Both the position numbers and the translations under genes were made by a program. Below are positions 51,398-59,611 of a stretch of 64,000 nt of DNA, piece after piece (the stretch's first letter is position 1; the number at the start of each line of letters is the position of its first letter). This DNA comes from Candidatus Adlerbacteria bacterium (GTDB lineage: Bacteria > Patescibacteriota > Minisyncoccia > Phycocordibacterales > SBAW01), in contig PLCJ01000002.1 of assembly GCA_003135635.1 (NCBI GenBank), forward strand, positions 109,451 through 173,450. The letters are read 5' to 3'. The notes under the pieces were generated by a model. The model was not told the DNA's origin, did no database searches, and was given only the letters and a program-made list of their open reading frames with translations.

Positions 51398-52087
51398 GTG
51401 AAAGAGAGAGCAAAAGGAAAAGCGATTTTCATCGACGGTGCATCTGCACACGTTACGAAAAGCGCCCTCGGAATAGGGACATATAATTTTCACGGTCTCT
51501 ATGATGTATTGCGGAATGAGGTCGGCACGTGCCGCAGGATTGTCGGCATTCCAATCGTAACGGTGGGCCCCGATGCGTATGAAAGGGGATATGGACTTGT
51601 AAAAGATCTGGCAGGCGCCGGATTTAATGTCGTTCCAGCTCGAAGTGATAATGGGGAGGATGACGAGTTTATCAAGACGCGCATTCGAGGCCTTGATCCT
51701 CGGGAAGTCGAGGAGATTGTCATTTTTACTTCCGACAAGGACTTCATCCCGGTTCTTAGAGAAAAGGCCAATGTGGGGGTTAGGATTTATTGGGTCTCAA
51801 CCAAGCATCATGAGCCAGGTCTCAACCGTCACTGTCTTTCCCAGGATGTCATCCAATTGTGCATGACAACACCAGGTTTCAGTTTCGTCGAGATCGCCGA
51901 GTTCAAAGGGGCAATCACTGGCAAACGACCATGGTCAACCGCCACCGCCACTTCCTATAAAAAGGAGGACGTCACGATTGTTACGATCCGGCTTCAAAAT
52001 ATGTATAAAGAAGAACATGGGCGACTTATTCGCAGTATCCAGTCGCTTACTTCTGAGTTCGCCGGACTAACTTTCATCGTCGAGTAG
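51398..52087 (+). CDS. NYN (LabA-like) domain protein with extra C-terminal domain
   Basis: GTG start; AIFIDGASAHV and IVIFTSDKDFIPVLREKANVGVRIYWVS blocks. Confidence 0.65.
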   Translation: MKERAKGKAIFIDGASAHVTKSALGIGTYNFHGLYDVLRNEVGTCRRIVGIPIVTVGPDAYERGYGLVKDLAGAGFNVVPARSDNGEDDEFIKTRIRGLDPREVEEIVIFTSDKDFIPVLREKANVGVRIYWVSTKHHEPGLNRHCLSQDVIQLCMTTPGFSFVEIAEFKGAITGKRPWSTATATSYKKEDVTIVTIRLQNMYKEEHGRLIRSIQSLTSEFAGLTFIVE

Positions 52088-52127
52088 TAGTTCAACGGGG
52101 CCAAAGAGTTCCCAGTACTCTTCTTGA

Positions 52128-52163
52128 GGGCAGCATCACAATGTGACCTGCCCTTTTTCTTTT
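52128..52163 (+). terminator. rho-independent terminator
   Basis: GGGCAG / CTGCCC stem followed by TTTTTCTTTTTAATATA. Confidence 0.55.
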
Positions 52164-52190
52164 TAATATAATGAATCACCTGGTAAGGTA

Positions 52191-52216
52191 AAACGGCTCT
52201 AACATCGTCCGAGATG
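52191..52216 (+). repeat. copy of recurrent intergenic motif (AAAACGGCTCTAACATCGTCCGAG)
   Basis: preceded by terminator + TAATATAATGAATCACC; followed by TTGACT at 52225. Confidence 0.6.
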
Positions 52217-52274
52217 CGGTTACTTTGACTCATTTTTATATTTGAAGTAAGTTTGAAACGGAAAGGAGTCTCAT

Positions 52275-52703
52275 ATGGCCCAGTTGACCCTGGGAATGTA
52301 CAAGAAATTTCACGCTAAAAGGGGCTTGTTCGGTCTCCGCTGCGATCAAGTTCGCACTAGAGGAAGGATGGCTTCAGATGGAAGCGGCTGGTACAACAAG
52401 GAAGGTGAACGGCTCGGCGGTGGCAGCCTCTCGAAGTCTGACCTCCGTAAGATCGCACGCGGATTGGAGGAAGGTGAATTATTCATCATCCTTGATGCGT
52501 ACGAAGCCATGAAAGGAGGCGAACAACCTGGCGTCGGCTACGTCGCAAACAATGCTCGTTTGGTCATCGGCCGGAACCAGTGGTATTTCATCATCCCTCA
52601 CTTTTCCCGAGAGAAGAAAACACGGAAGGTGAAAGGATTGCAGTGCCAGGTTCTGACCCAGGATGTTTTAAAGACGCTTATGCTCAGTGGAGCCACCGTC
52701 TGA
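52275..52703 (+). CDS. hypothetical protein (142 aa), island cassette gene
   Basis: RBS GGAAAGGAG; own terminator downstream; no recognisable domain. Confidence 0.55.
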   Translation: MAQLTLGMYKKFHAKRGLFGLRCDQVRTRGRMASDGSGWYNKEGERLGGGSLSKSDLRKIARGLEEGELFIILDAYEAMKGGEQPGVGYVANNARLVIGRNQWYFIIPHFSREKKTRKVKGLQCQVLTQDVLKTLMLSGATV

Positions 52704-52757
52704 CCTTCCCGGGCGAAATCAAACCAACAGTGCAATGCTTCCCAGCACTTCTGTGAT

Positions 52758-52797
52758 GAGCCCCTATGCACGGATGCATAGGGGCTCTCAGTTTTAT
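52758..52797 (+). terminator. rho-independent terminator
   Basis: perfect 13-bp stem gagcccctatgca / tgcataggggctc, 4-nt loop, then TCAGTTTTATAT. Confidence 0.65.
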
Positions 52798-52838
52798 ATG
52801 TACACAATGGTGAATCACGTAGTGGGGGGTAGAGGGTC

Positions 52839-52865
52839 AAAACGGTTCTAGTGTCATCCACAACC
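52839..52865 (+). repeat. copy of recurrent intergenic motif (AAAACGGTTCTAGTGTCATCCACAACC)
   Basis: preceded by terminator + TTTTATATGTACACAATGGTGAATCACG. Confidence 0.55.
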
Positions 52866-52895
52866 TTTAGCACGTAAATTTGCTAAAATTACAGT

Positions 52896-53069
52896 ATGAA
52901 ATCGCTCAGATATATTGCGCTCATAGGAAATGCAATGTATATCCTCTGGATCTTGTATAATGGTATTGATGAAGGATCTCGTAGTGTTGGCAGTGTTGAG
53001 ATAGTCTCACTTATCGGTCTATTTTTTCTGTTGTTTCTAAATATTGTCCTCTTGTGGAGGCAAAAATAG
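52896..53069 (+). CDS. hypothetical small membrane protein (57 aa), possibly leaderless
   Basis: two hydrophobic helices; TAAAAT box ends 6 nt before the ATG; below the ORF-track cutoff; the stop codon sits inside the next motif copy. Confidence 0.35.
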   Translation: MKSLRYIALIGNAMYILWILYNGIDEGSRSVGSVEIVSLIGLFFLLFLNIVLLWRQK

Positions 53070-53088
53070 TTCTGACGTCGTCCACAGG
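53063..53088 (+). repeat. copy of recurrent intergenic motif (AAAAATAGTTCTGACGTCGTCCACAGG)
   Basis: immediately upstream of the -35 element TTGACA of the DoxX promoter. Confidence 0.55.
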
Positions 53089-53097
53089 CTGCAGCTA

Positions 53098-53125
53098 TTG
53101 ACAGTGGCGTATACTTAACTATATA
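53098..53125 (+). promoter_or_regulatory. sigma70-like promoter of the DoxX gene
   Basis: TTGACA (53098-53103), 16-nt spacer, TATATA (53120-53125), ~18 nt to the ATG. Confidence 0.5.
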
Positions 53126-53143
53126 TCCATCCAATAATTAAAT

Positions 53144-53557
53144 ATGAAAAGTATTCATACTTTTGTGCATCGATTTAATAATCCAGATTTTGGCATTTTG
53201 CTTATTCGCCTTGCATTTGGCCTTGTGTTTATTAATGCTGGGTGGATGAAAATAACTTCGATGGACACTACTATCCAATCCTTTGGCACACTCGGCTTTT
53301 CTCCATTTCTTGCGTATTTCGTCGCATGGGCAGAACTTATCGGCGGTGTTGCTTTTATAGTCGGTATCTTTAGTCGCTACGCCGGGATTATACTTACCAT
53401 TATTATGGTGGTTGCGGTTAAAATTCTTTTTGTAAAAGGATTTTCTTTGGCGCATGGTGGTTATGAATTTCCTCTGGTGGCTATGCTTGGTTCGCTCGCG
53501 ATTGTGACATTTGGCTCTGGTGCGTATTCTCTTGCACGAATGCTCAAACGCCGATAA
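53144..53557 (+). CDS. DoxX-family membrane protein
   Basis: GILLIRLAFGLVFINAGWMKI DoxX N-terminal block; 4 TM; 137 aa. Confidence 0.7.
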   Translation: MKSIHTFVHRFNNPDFGILLIRLAFGLVFINAGWMKITSMDTTIQSFGTLGFSPFLAYFVAWAELIGGVAFIVGIFSRYAGIILTIIMVVAVKILFVKGFSLAHGGYEFPLVAMLGSLAIVTFGSGAYSLARMLKRR

Positions 53558-53600
53558 AAATTCCTCGACCTGTTTGTAGAAGCAGTAGAGCAATCTACTA

Positions 53601-53626
53601 ATATAGTTCTAACGTTATACGCGACC
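53601..53626 (+). repeat. copy of recurrent intergenic motif (ATATAGTTCTAACGTTATACGCGACC)
   Basis: followed by CTGCAGCATTGATA, as the copy at 53063 is by CTGCAGCTATTGACA. Confidence 0.55.
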
Positions 53627-53748
53627 TGCAGCATTGATAAAATTAAGATTGGTTTCATCATTAAAGCTTTCTATACCTGTTAAAGAGTAGTTAGTTGGAC
53701 AAACTCTCATTTTTCATGTAAAAGTAGATTCAGAAGGAGGGGTTCCCA

Positions 53749-54051
53749 GTGACAAAATCTCTTTGCCACGTGCTTCATATGGACGATACCAATTGCTTCT
53801 TGATTGTGGCATGGATGCCGATGCATGAGTGGAAATCTGTCCCCATCTCAGGAGCAAGTGAGCTTCAAAAACGCTACGACTACAGTCTTGACCTTTTTCC
53901 TGATGAAATATTCGGCTTGTTCATGTGGTATAGAGTGGCAAAAAATCCACCACTTCCAATCCGAAAGCTTAAAAGGGCTTTTGCTCTAGATCTGCAGCGT
54001 TACCTTGAACTTGACACTCGGCCTGAGATTGTTCCTACTCGATCTCAGTAG
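53749..54051 (+). CDS. hypothetical protein (100 aa), island cassette gene
   Basis: GTG start 10 nt after GAAGGAGGGG; own terminator. Confidence 0.5.
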   Translation: MTKSLCHVLHMDDTNCFLIVAWMPMHEWKSVPISGASELQKRYDYSLDLFPDEIFGLFMWYRVAKNPPLPIRKLKRAFALDLQRYLELDTRPEIVPTRSQ

Positions 54052-54084
54052 ACCTCGCAATACCATGCGAGGTCTTTCTTTTCT
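54051..54084 (+). terminator. rho-independent terminator
   Basis: gacctcgca / tgcgaggtc stem, 6-nt loop, then TTTCTTTTCT. Confidence 0.6.
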
Positions 54085-54092
54085 AGTACTCC

Positions 54093-54122
54093 TTGACAGA
54101 TAGCATATGTATCAGCTAAATA
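54093..54122 (+). promoter_or_regulatory. sigma70-like promoter
   Basis: TTGACA (54093-54098), 18-nt spacer, TAAATA. Confidence 0.4.
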
Positions 54123-54239
54123 TGTCTAGTTCTTTGAGAAGGGGAGGTTGCCCCAACCTTAGGTCACTCAATTTCTAGGCGACTTTAGGCTACGACGACA
54201 CCTTCGCCCGACTAACGCACTAAGTATAAGGAGTAACCA

Positions 54240-54749
54240 GTGATAACAATTTCAGAAGCCAAACAGCGAGGGCCGCTCAGAGGCCACTTGCGTACAGTGC
54301 TTCCGATGGCCGAGCGATTTTCGGTCGGCAATGAAATACGTGTTGGAGCTGTCATCGGAAAACACCCGGTCACGCACGTTGGTCGCAACTTCCTGCAATG
54401 GTTCGGTTTCCTAATGGAAAACGTTCCGTCCGCCGAGATTAAAAGCTGGGGACTCGCCCCCACATCCACGGTTTCTCTCTCGAATCAATCGATCATAGAG
54501 TCGTTGGGAGGTGAGAAAACGGCAGTAACGTCCGTCGTCCGGATGGTCCAGGTGATAAAGCTCGGGGACTTAGGTCCCGGTCATTTTCACGGCTGGGACA
54601 ATCTGCACTACATCAGGCGGTTCGGAACAAACGAGATCTGCGTTGTTGCTTGGTCCCTCGCCGACAGAGGGCTGCGCTTCTACGCGTTTTCCATTTCGGA
54701 TTCCGATGGGGATGTGTGGCGCCCGGGCCACCGCGTCTTTAGCGGCTGA
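54240..54749 (+). CDS. hypothetical protein (169 aa), island cassette gene
   Basis: GTG start after TAAGGAG; GC-rich coding sequence; no recognisable domain. Confidence 0.5.
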   Translation: MITISEAKQRGPLRGHLRTVLPMAERFSVGNEIRVGAVIGKHPVTHVGRNFLQWFGFLMENVPSAEIKSWGLAPTSTVSLSNQSIIESLGGEKTAVTSVVRMVQVIKLGDLGPGHFHGWDNLHYIRRFGTNEICVVAWSLADRGLRFYAFSISDSDGDVWRPGHRVFSG

Positions 54750-54943
54750 TCTTTTACAACGCACAAATGCAAAGGGTATCGGAATAATCTGGTGCCCTTT
54801 TTTGTTTTATCTCTAAACAATGGTGATCCACTAAGGTAGTGTAGACGCACAATACTATCTCTATTGCTTTTGGTAACTTTCCCAAGCATAATTCCAAAAG
54901 ACCTGTCCTTATACTAAATACTAAAGATAGAAAGAGAGGCCAT

Positions 54944-55207
54944 ATGCGTACCATGCATGGAGCAAAGGCTAGGGTAGCGGCTCAACAGCGTGCCGCAAAG
55001 CACCTCTCCAGAGAATCTGTTGTCTTTCTTGGACACAGGAAAAACGATCAAGGAGAGACGGTTGGAGATTTCGAGTTTCAAGGTACTGAAACACGACTGG
55101 TCTCGCTCAATGAGGCTGGGTGGAGGCGGCGATTGCAATTCCTTAAGAAATCTGGATACCCTCATGACATAACCAAGCAGGTTCTTAAGGAATGGCCAGA
55201 TGAATGA
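54944..55207 (+). CDS. hypothetical protein (87 aa)
   Basis: ATG preceded by AAAGAGAGG; basic protein. Confidence 0.45.
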   Translation: MRTMHGAKARVAAQQRAAKHLSRESVVFLGHRKNDQGETVGDFEFQGTETRLVSLNEAGWRRRLQFLKKSGYPHDITKQVLKEWPDE

Positions 55208-55312
55208 CATTCCCTGGCGTTCTTAAGTTTCGCGAAGGCATCGGATTACTCCGGTGCCTCTTGCTTTTACATATAGTTCCCAACCAAAAAACACCTTAAT
55301 ATAAGGTTGTTT

Positions 55313-55338
55313 TATAGATTAACATATGTTAATCTATA
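55313..55338. promoter_or_regulatory. perfect 26-bp palindrome, probable autoregulatory operator of the HTH-Doc operon
   Basis: TATAGATTAACATATGTTAATCTATA ending 3 nt before the HTH gene ATG. Confidence 0.5.
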
Positions 55339-55341
55339 AAT

Positions 55342-55617
55342 ATGGCTATAAATAAGGATATTAATTACCAAACCTATATTTCAGCCCCAGAGTTGGCTAA
55401 GCTTATGGGCGTCAGTAGAATAACCATTTTTAAGAAAATAAAGGCAGGGAAAATACACGCACAGAAAGTTGGTAGAAACTACATCATACCCGCCGAGGAA
55501 ATAGCCATTGCAGTAGGAGAACTTGTCTCTCCTAAAAAGAAAGAAGAGATTGAGAAGGTAGTAAAAAGGGCGGTCAAAGAATACCGAGAGGCTTTTCAGT
55601 TGCTTGGGCGAGAATAA
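55342..55617 (+). CDS. excisionase-family HTH DNA-binding protein (putative antitoxin)
   Basis: HTH_17-like block ISAPELAKLMGVSRITIFKKIKAGKIHAQKVGRNYIIP. Confidence 0.7.
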   Translation: MAINKDINYQTYISAPELAKLMGVSRITIFKKIKAGKIHAQKVGRNYIIPAEEIAIAVGELVSPKKKEEIEKVVKRAVKEYREAFQLLGRE

Positions 55618-55620
55618 ATT

Positions 55621-56088
55621 ATGGCAAGGAGACCGATAAAAAAATTGTCGGTTCTCGAAGTGGAATATGTAGCTCATCGGCTTGCGCAAGAGTTGATGGA
55701 ATATGGCGAGCCTATCCCTCCTTTCGATACTCGTTCTCCCCATCGCCTTGAAAGTTGTCTGGAAACACCATTTCAGAAATACCTCAATAAAAGTCTTTAC
55801 GACGGTATCATTCGCAAAGCAGCGATGCTTTTTTATTTGATGATAAAAAATCATCCGTTCCAAAATGGAAATAAACGAGTAGCAATTTTAACCACTCTCG
55901 TATTTCTTAGTCAAAATGGACGTTGGATTCAAGTAGACAATCTCCCTTTGTATGAATTTGCAAAAGAAGTAGCGAAGAGCGACTCATCCAAAAGTAAAGA
56001 AGAGGTAGAAAAGATAGTTGCTTTTATGACCACCAATATGATTCTTCTTCCTTTGGAAGATGAAATTATAGAGGATGAAACCATCTAG
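55621..56088 (+). CDS. Fic/Doc family toxin
   Basis: Fic motif HPFQNGNKRVAIL (HxFx[DEN]GNKR). Confidence 0.8.
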   Translation: MARRPIKKLSVLEVEYVAHRLAQELMEYGEPIPPFDTRSPHRLESCLETPFQKYLNKSLYDGIIRKAAMLFYLMIKNHPFQNGNKRVAILTTLVFLSQNGRWIQVDNLPLYEFAKEVAKSDSSKSKEEVEKIVAFMTTNMILLPLEDEIIEDETI

Positions 56089-56188
56089 GGTAATTAAGTA
56101 TATAGTTCCCAATTGTTGTTACTTGACAGATACTTTGTACATGTTATCGTGTTAACAACTGATCTTTGTTTCTCAGAAAGGAACCCTA

Positions 56189-56551
56189 ATGCACTATAAT
56201 CGGCTACTTGCCTTGATAGGCATATTCTATGTCCTCTTCGGGCTTGCTCAGCTCCATCCATCTTGGATCACGGGTCATCTCAGCCGGAGTCTCGAGACCG
56301 GATTAACTGGTGGGATTCTTATCGTCGGGGCAGTCATAATGGGGATAATCATTTACGGCATGAGGCCGCACCTCACTCTCTTCCTTGTGTCGTTTGGAGC
56401 TCTGTTTCTTGAGCTTTGGATCGGTGTGAGGCAGCTCTTCGCAGGAGATTCTAGCGGATTTCCTCAACCGTGGCTGATCGTGCTTCCGCTTTTTAACGGT
56501 CTGATTATTATTCTCTACGCCCGTGATAAGTCCCCAAAGAGAGCGGGTTAA
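56189..56551 (+). CDS. hypothetical polytopic membrane protein
   Basis: 120 aa, 4 TM; preceded by TTGACA promoter and a motif-like ATATAGTTCCCAA. Confidence 0.45.
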   Translation: MHYNRLLALIGIFYVLFGLAQLHPSWITGHLSRSLETGLTGGILIVGAVIMGIIIYGMRPHLTLFLVSFGALFLELWIGVRQLFAGDSSGFPQPWLIVLPLFNGLIIILYARDKSPKRAG

Positions 56552-56570
56552 GTGACCGTTGTTCAACTCT

Positions 56571-56612
56571 TCCCGCTTGAAGTAGTCTTGCTTCGGCGGG
56601 ACTTCTTTATTT
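56571..56612 (+). terminator. rho-independent terminator; near-identical copy of 39452-39494
   Basis: TCCCGCTTGAAGTAGTCTTGCTTCGGCGGGACTTCTTTATTTCC, 41/42 identical to the reverse complement of 39452-39494. Confidence 0.6.
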
Positions 56613-56642
56613 CCATACACCATCATAGTGAGCTGCGGGGTA

Positions 56643-56657
56643 GGGGATGTTAGAATC
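56643..56657 (-). repeat. copy of recurrent intergenic motif (GATTCTAACATCCCC)
   Basis: plus strand ggggatgttagaatc, between the terminator and the DedA-like gene. Confidence 0.5.
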
Positions 56658-56714
56658 AGTCCAATTCCCATTACGGGGGTTTTGATTCATGAGTTCTAAA
56701 TTCATTTAAGCAGT

Positions 56715-57305
56715 ATGCTTGCACTTCTTATTACCTATAAATACGCAGTTCTTGTTCCTTTCACCATGATTGATGGCATGCTTGCTGCACTTTTGTGTGG
56801 GATTTTGGTTGCGCTTGGATACATTAATCCTTTTATTGCATATACACTGCTCGTCACATTCAATATCATTCCTGATGTTATCTACTATGCTCTTGGACGC
56901 TTTGGAATAAAGTCTGCAATAGTGAGGAGGCTATTTTCGCGCACAACTATATTTAATGAAAGTGTGAAAATAATGGATCGACTTTGGAAAAAACAAGGTT
57001 TCCTTACTATGCTTAATATAAAACTTGCCTATGGTCTGAGCGTTCCTTTTATCATCAGTGCGGGCGCGGTAAAAATGCGCTTCTCCGTATTTGTGCTCTA
57101 TTCACTCCTGACCTCTATGTTTATATGTGTGGTCTTAATTGTATTTGGATACGCGATCGGATCTTCCTACGCACTTCTGGAGGGTTTTAATCGCTATAGA
57201 AATCTTGTTTTCGCGGCAATGACCCTTATTGCATGTGGCATTCTCTTTCTCTCTGCAAGGCATTTCCGCTCCTACCCAGAGGAGGCCTCGCACACCACGT
57301 CATGA
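56715..57305 (+). CDS. DedA/SNARE-associated family membrane protein
   Basis: 196 aa polytopic; LAYGLSVPFIISAGAVKM resembles the DedA P-x-x-S-x-x-AG-x-x-M block. Confidence 0.5.
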   Translation: MLALLITYKYAVLVPFTMIDGMLAALLCGILVALGYINPFIAYTLLVTFNIIPDVIYYALGRFGIKSAIVRRLFSRTTIFNESVKIMDRLWKKQGFLTMLNIKLAYGLSVPFIISAGAVKMRFSVFVLYSLLTSMFICVVLIVFGYAIGSSYALLEGFNRYRNLVFAAMTLIACGILFLSARHFRSYPEEASHTTS

Positions 57306-57362
57306 ACTATAGACGTTATATAAAAAAGTGTGGTATAAGATAACACCTCTACAAATGAGGCA

Positions 57363-58646
57363 ATGTGTATGAAACTAAGGGTATTAGCTGTTGCCAATCC
57401 ATGGTTTGATAGCAACTTCTTCTCTGCAAGCTCGATCATCTTTGCAGGCTCGTTTGTCGTCAATGTACTCAATTACCTGTTCACCCTCCTCATGAGTCAT
57501 CTGCTGGGGATTGAGGCGTTTGGTGAGGTTGCCGCAATGATCAGCCTTTTAACCATCGTCTCTGTGCCCTCAACTGCGCTTGCCATGCTTATGACGCGTG
57601 AAGTCGCGTTTCGCGGCGCTACCGATGGGGGGGACGTGCGCAATTTGTTTCTTTTCTTGCGTAAGCACGTACTTCTTGCTGCTTTAGGGTTTTGGATTCT
57701 TTTTCTTGCTGTTACGCCGCTACTTTCCCGTTTTCTCCACATACCCTACACACTCTTTCTTGTTTTTAGTATCTTGCTTCCATTCTCCGCCGCAAGCGCT
57801 CTTCAAAGCGGTACTCTGCAAGGCTTGCAGGAATTTTTTGCACTCTCAAAGCAAAATATTCTTGGCGCACTCATCAAACTTACAATTGCCATACTTCTGG
57901 TGTTTGCGGGATTCTCTGTGCTTGGAGTCATTGTGGCTCTGGTGTGTGCGCAGGGGGCGGCCTGGCTATTCGGGTTTCTTGTTACAAGGAGCGCTCTTAA
58001 TCTGAAAGAAAGGACACCTCTCCAAGCGGTCGATTCACGACCGCTGCAGTTATTTTTCTCCGTCACACTCCTCACCACGCTTCTGCTTGCACTTCTCTCA
58101 AACACCGATTTGCTCCTTGCCAAACACTTTCTGCCCAGCGCCTTGGCAGGGGAGTATGGCGCACTTTCAACGTTGGGGAACATCATTATTTATGGTGTTG
58201 GTGCATTTACGACGGTGCTGCTGCCGATGGTATCCGCCGCAAAAGCGCGAGGGGAAGGAGGGGAGAGGCGCATCCTTCGGCTATCGCTCAGCGTCATTGC
58301 GGGCGCTGCACTTAGTGCATGGGCCCTGTTTTCTCTTTTTCCGACAGTCTTTGTCTCGCTTCTTTTTGGAGCGCGGTACTTGCCTATTGCCCCCACCTTA
58401 GGGCACTATGCCATTGCCGATGGATGCATTGCGCTTTCCATCGCGCTCATTAACTATTTCGTGGCTGTGCGTAACACCTCGTTTCTGTACCTGCTGGGGC
58501 TTGGGATCGCGCTGGAAGTGGGGCTTATCTATTTCAACCACGCGTCAATCGCCACGATCGCTGTGATGTTTATTATCTCGTCAACTCTGCTCCTCGGGCT
58601 CATGTCCGCCAATTACTTTCTTACGCAGAGGATTCGTATCGCATGA
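57363..58646 (+). CDS. polysaccharide/oligosaccharide flippase (MOP/Wzx-like)
   Basis: 427 aa, ~12-14 TM helices, first gene of a glycosyltransferase cluster. Confidence 0.6.
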   Translation: MCMKLRVLAVANPWFDSNFFSASSIIFAGSFVVNVLNYLFTLLMSHLLGIEAFGEVAAMISLLTIVSVPSTALAMLMTREVAFRGATDGGDVRNLFLFLRKHVLLAALGFWILFLAVTPLLSRFLHIPYTLFLVFSILLPFSAASALQSGTLQGLQEFFALSKQNILGALIKLTIAILLVFAGFSVLGVIVALVCAQGAAWLFGFLVTRSALNLKERTPLQAVDSRPLQLFFSVTLLTTLLLALLSNTDLLLAKHFLPSALAGEYGALSTLGNIIIYGVGAFTTVLLPMVSAAKARGEGGERRILRLSLSVIAGAALSAWALFSLFPTVFVSLLFGARYLPIAPTLGHYAIADGCIALSIALINYFVAVRNTSFLYLLGLGIALEVGLIYFNHASIATIAVMFIISSTLLLGLMSANYFLTQRIRIA

Positions 58647-59590
58647 AAAAGAAACTTATCTCTATTGTTATCCCGGTGTATAACGAGGCAGAAAATGTTT
58701 TGCCTCTCTATGGCGCCTTGCGGGATGTGTGGTCACAGCTCTCCGACTATGACTATGAGCTTATTTTTGTAAATGATGGGAGTAATGATACGAGTGGCAA
58801 AGCCGTTCAGTCTCTTGTTTTGGCTGACAAGGGGGTGAAATACATAGAGTTCAGTCGCAACTTCGGCAAGGAGATGGCGACGACCGCGGGCATCGAGGCA
58901 TCTACGGGCGACGCGGTTATTATGCTTGACGCTGATTTGCAGCATCCACCGCAATTAATTCCCGAACTTATTGTACGCTGGGAGAGAGGTGCTGAGGTGG
59001 TTGTTGGTCTGCGCACGCGCAACCACGGCGAGGGCCTAACGAAGAGGGGCGGGTCTTGGCTCTTCTATCACATCATGGCAGCGATATCGGAGACCGATAT
59101 GCTTGCGGGGGAGACCGATTTTCGTCTTATCGATCGCACGGTTGCCACTGCATTCAATAATCTCTCCGAGCAGAAGCGCATGACTCGTTCACTCATCAAT
59201 TGGCTCGGATTCAAAAAAGAGTATGTGACCTTTGAAGCTCCAGCGCGATTGCACGGAGAGACTAAATATTCCACAAATAAACTTACTCGTTTGGCACTCT
59301 ACTCGTTTATCTCCAATTCGCTTTTGCCATTGCGTATGGCGGGATACCTCGGCATGACCGTCACGTTTTTTTCAGGAATTGTCGGTATCACAGTCTTTTT
59401 TGAACGGTATGTGTTTAATGATGCGCTCCATTGGCACGTCTCTGGTTCGGCGCAGCTTGCCATCATCGACGTCTTTCTTATCGGTATTGTACTTATGGCG
59501 CTTGGTATTGTCGCCTTATACATAGAGAATATACATACTGAGACATCAGGTCGGCCGCTCTATGTGGTGCGCAAGCGGGAGAACTTTTAG
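58643..59590 (+). CDS. GT2 polyprenyl-phosphate glycosyltransferase (DPM1/GtrB-like)
   Basis: ISIVIPVYNEAENV, DGSNDTS, LDADLQHPP and C-terminal TM helices. Confidence 0.8.
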   Translation: MKKKLISIVIPVYNEAENVLPLYGALRDVWSQLSDYDYELIFVNDGSNDTSGKAVQSLVLADKGVKYIEFSRNFGKEMATTAGIEASTGDAVIMLDADLQHPPQLIPELIVRWERGAEVVVGLRTRNHGEGLTKRGGSWLFYHIMAAISETDMLAGETDFRLIDRTVATAFNNLSEQKRMTRSLINWLGFKKEYVTFEAPARLHGETKYSTNKLTRLALYSFISNSLLPLRMAGYLGMTVTFFSGIVGITVFFERYVFNDALHWHVSGSAQLAIIDVFLIGIVLMALGIVALYIENIHTETSGRPLYVVRKRENF

Positions 59591-59611
59591 TATTACAATG
59601 ATACTCAATCC

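Noticed and set aside
55271-56116. ATATAGTTCCCAA variants as full members of the motif family
   Set aside because: They share only the ATAGTTC half-site and lack the AACATC..TCC arm. They are listed as possible relatives in the findings, not as separate features.
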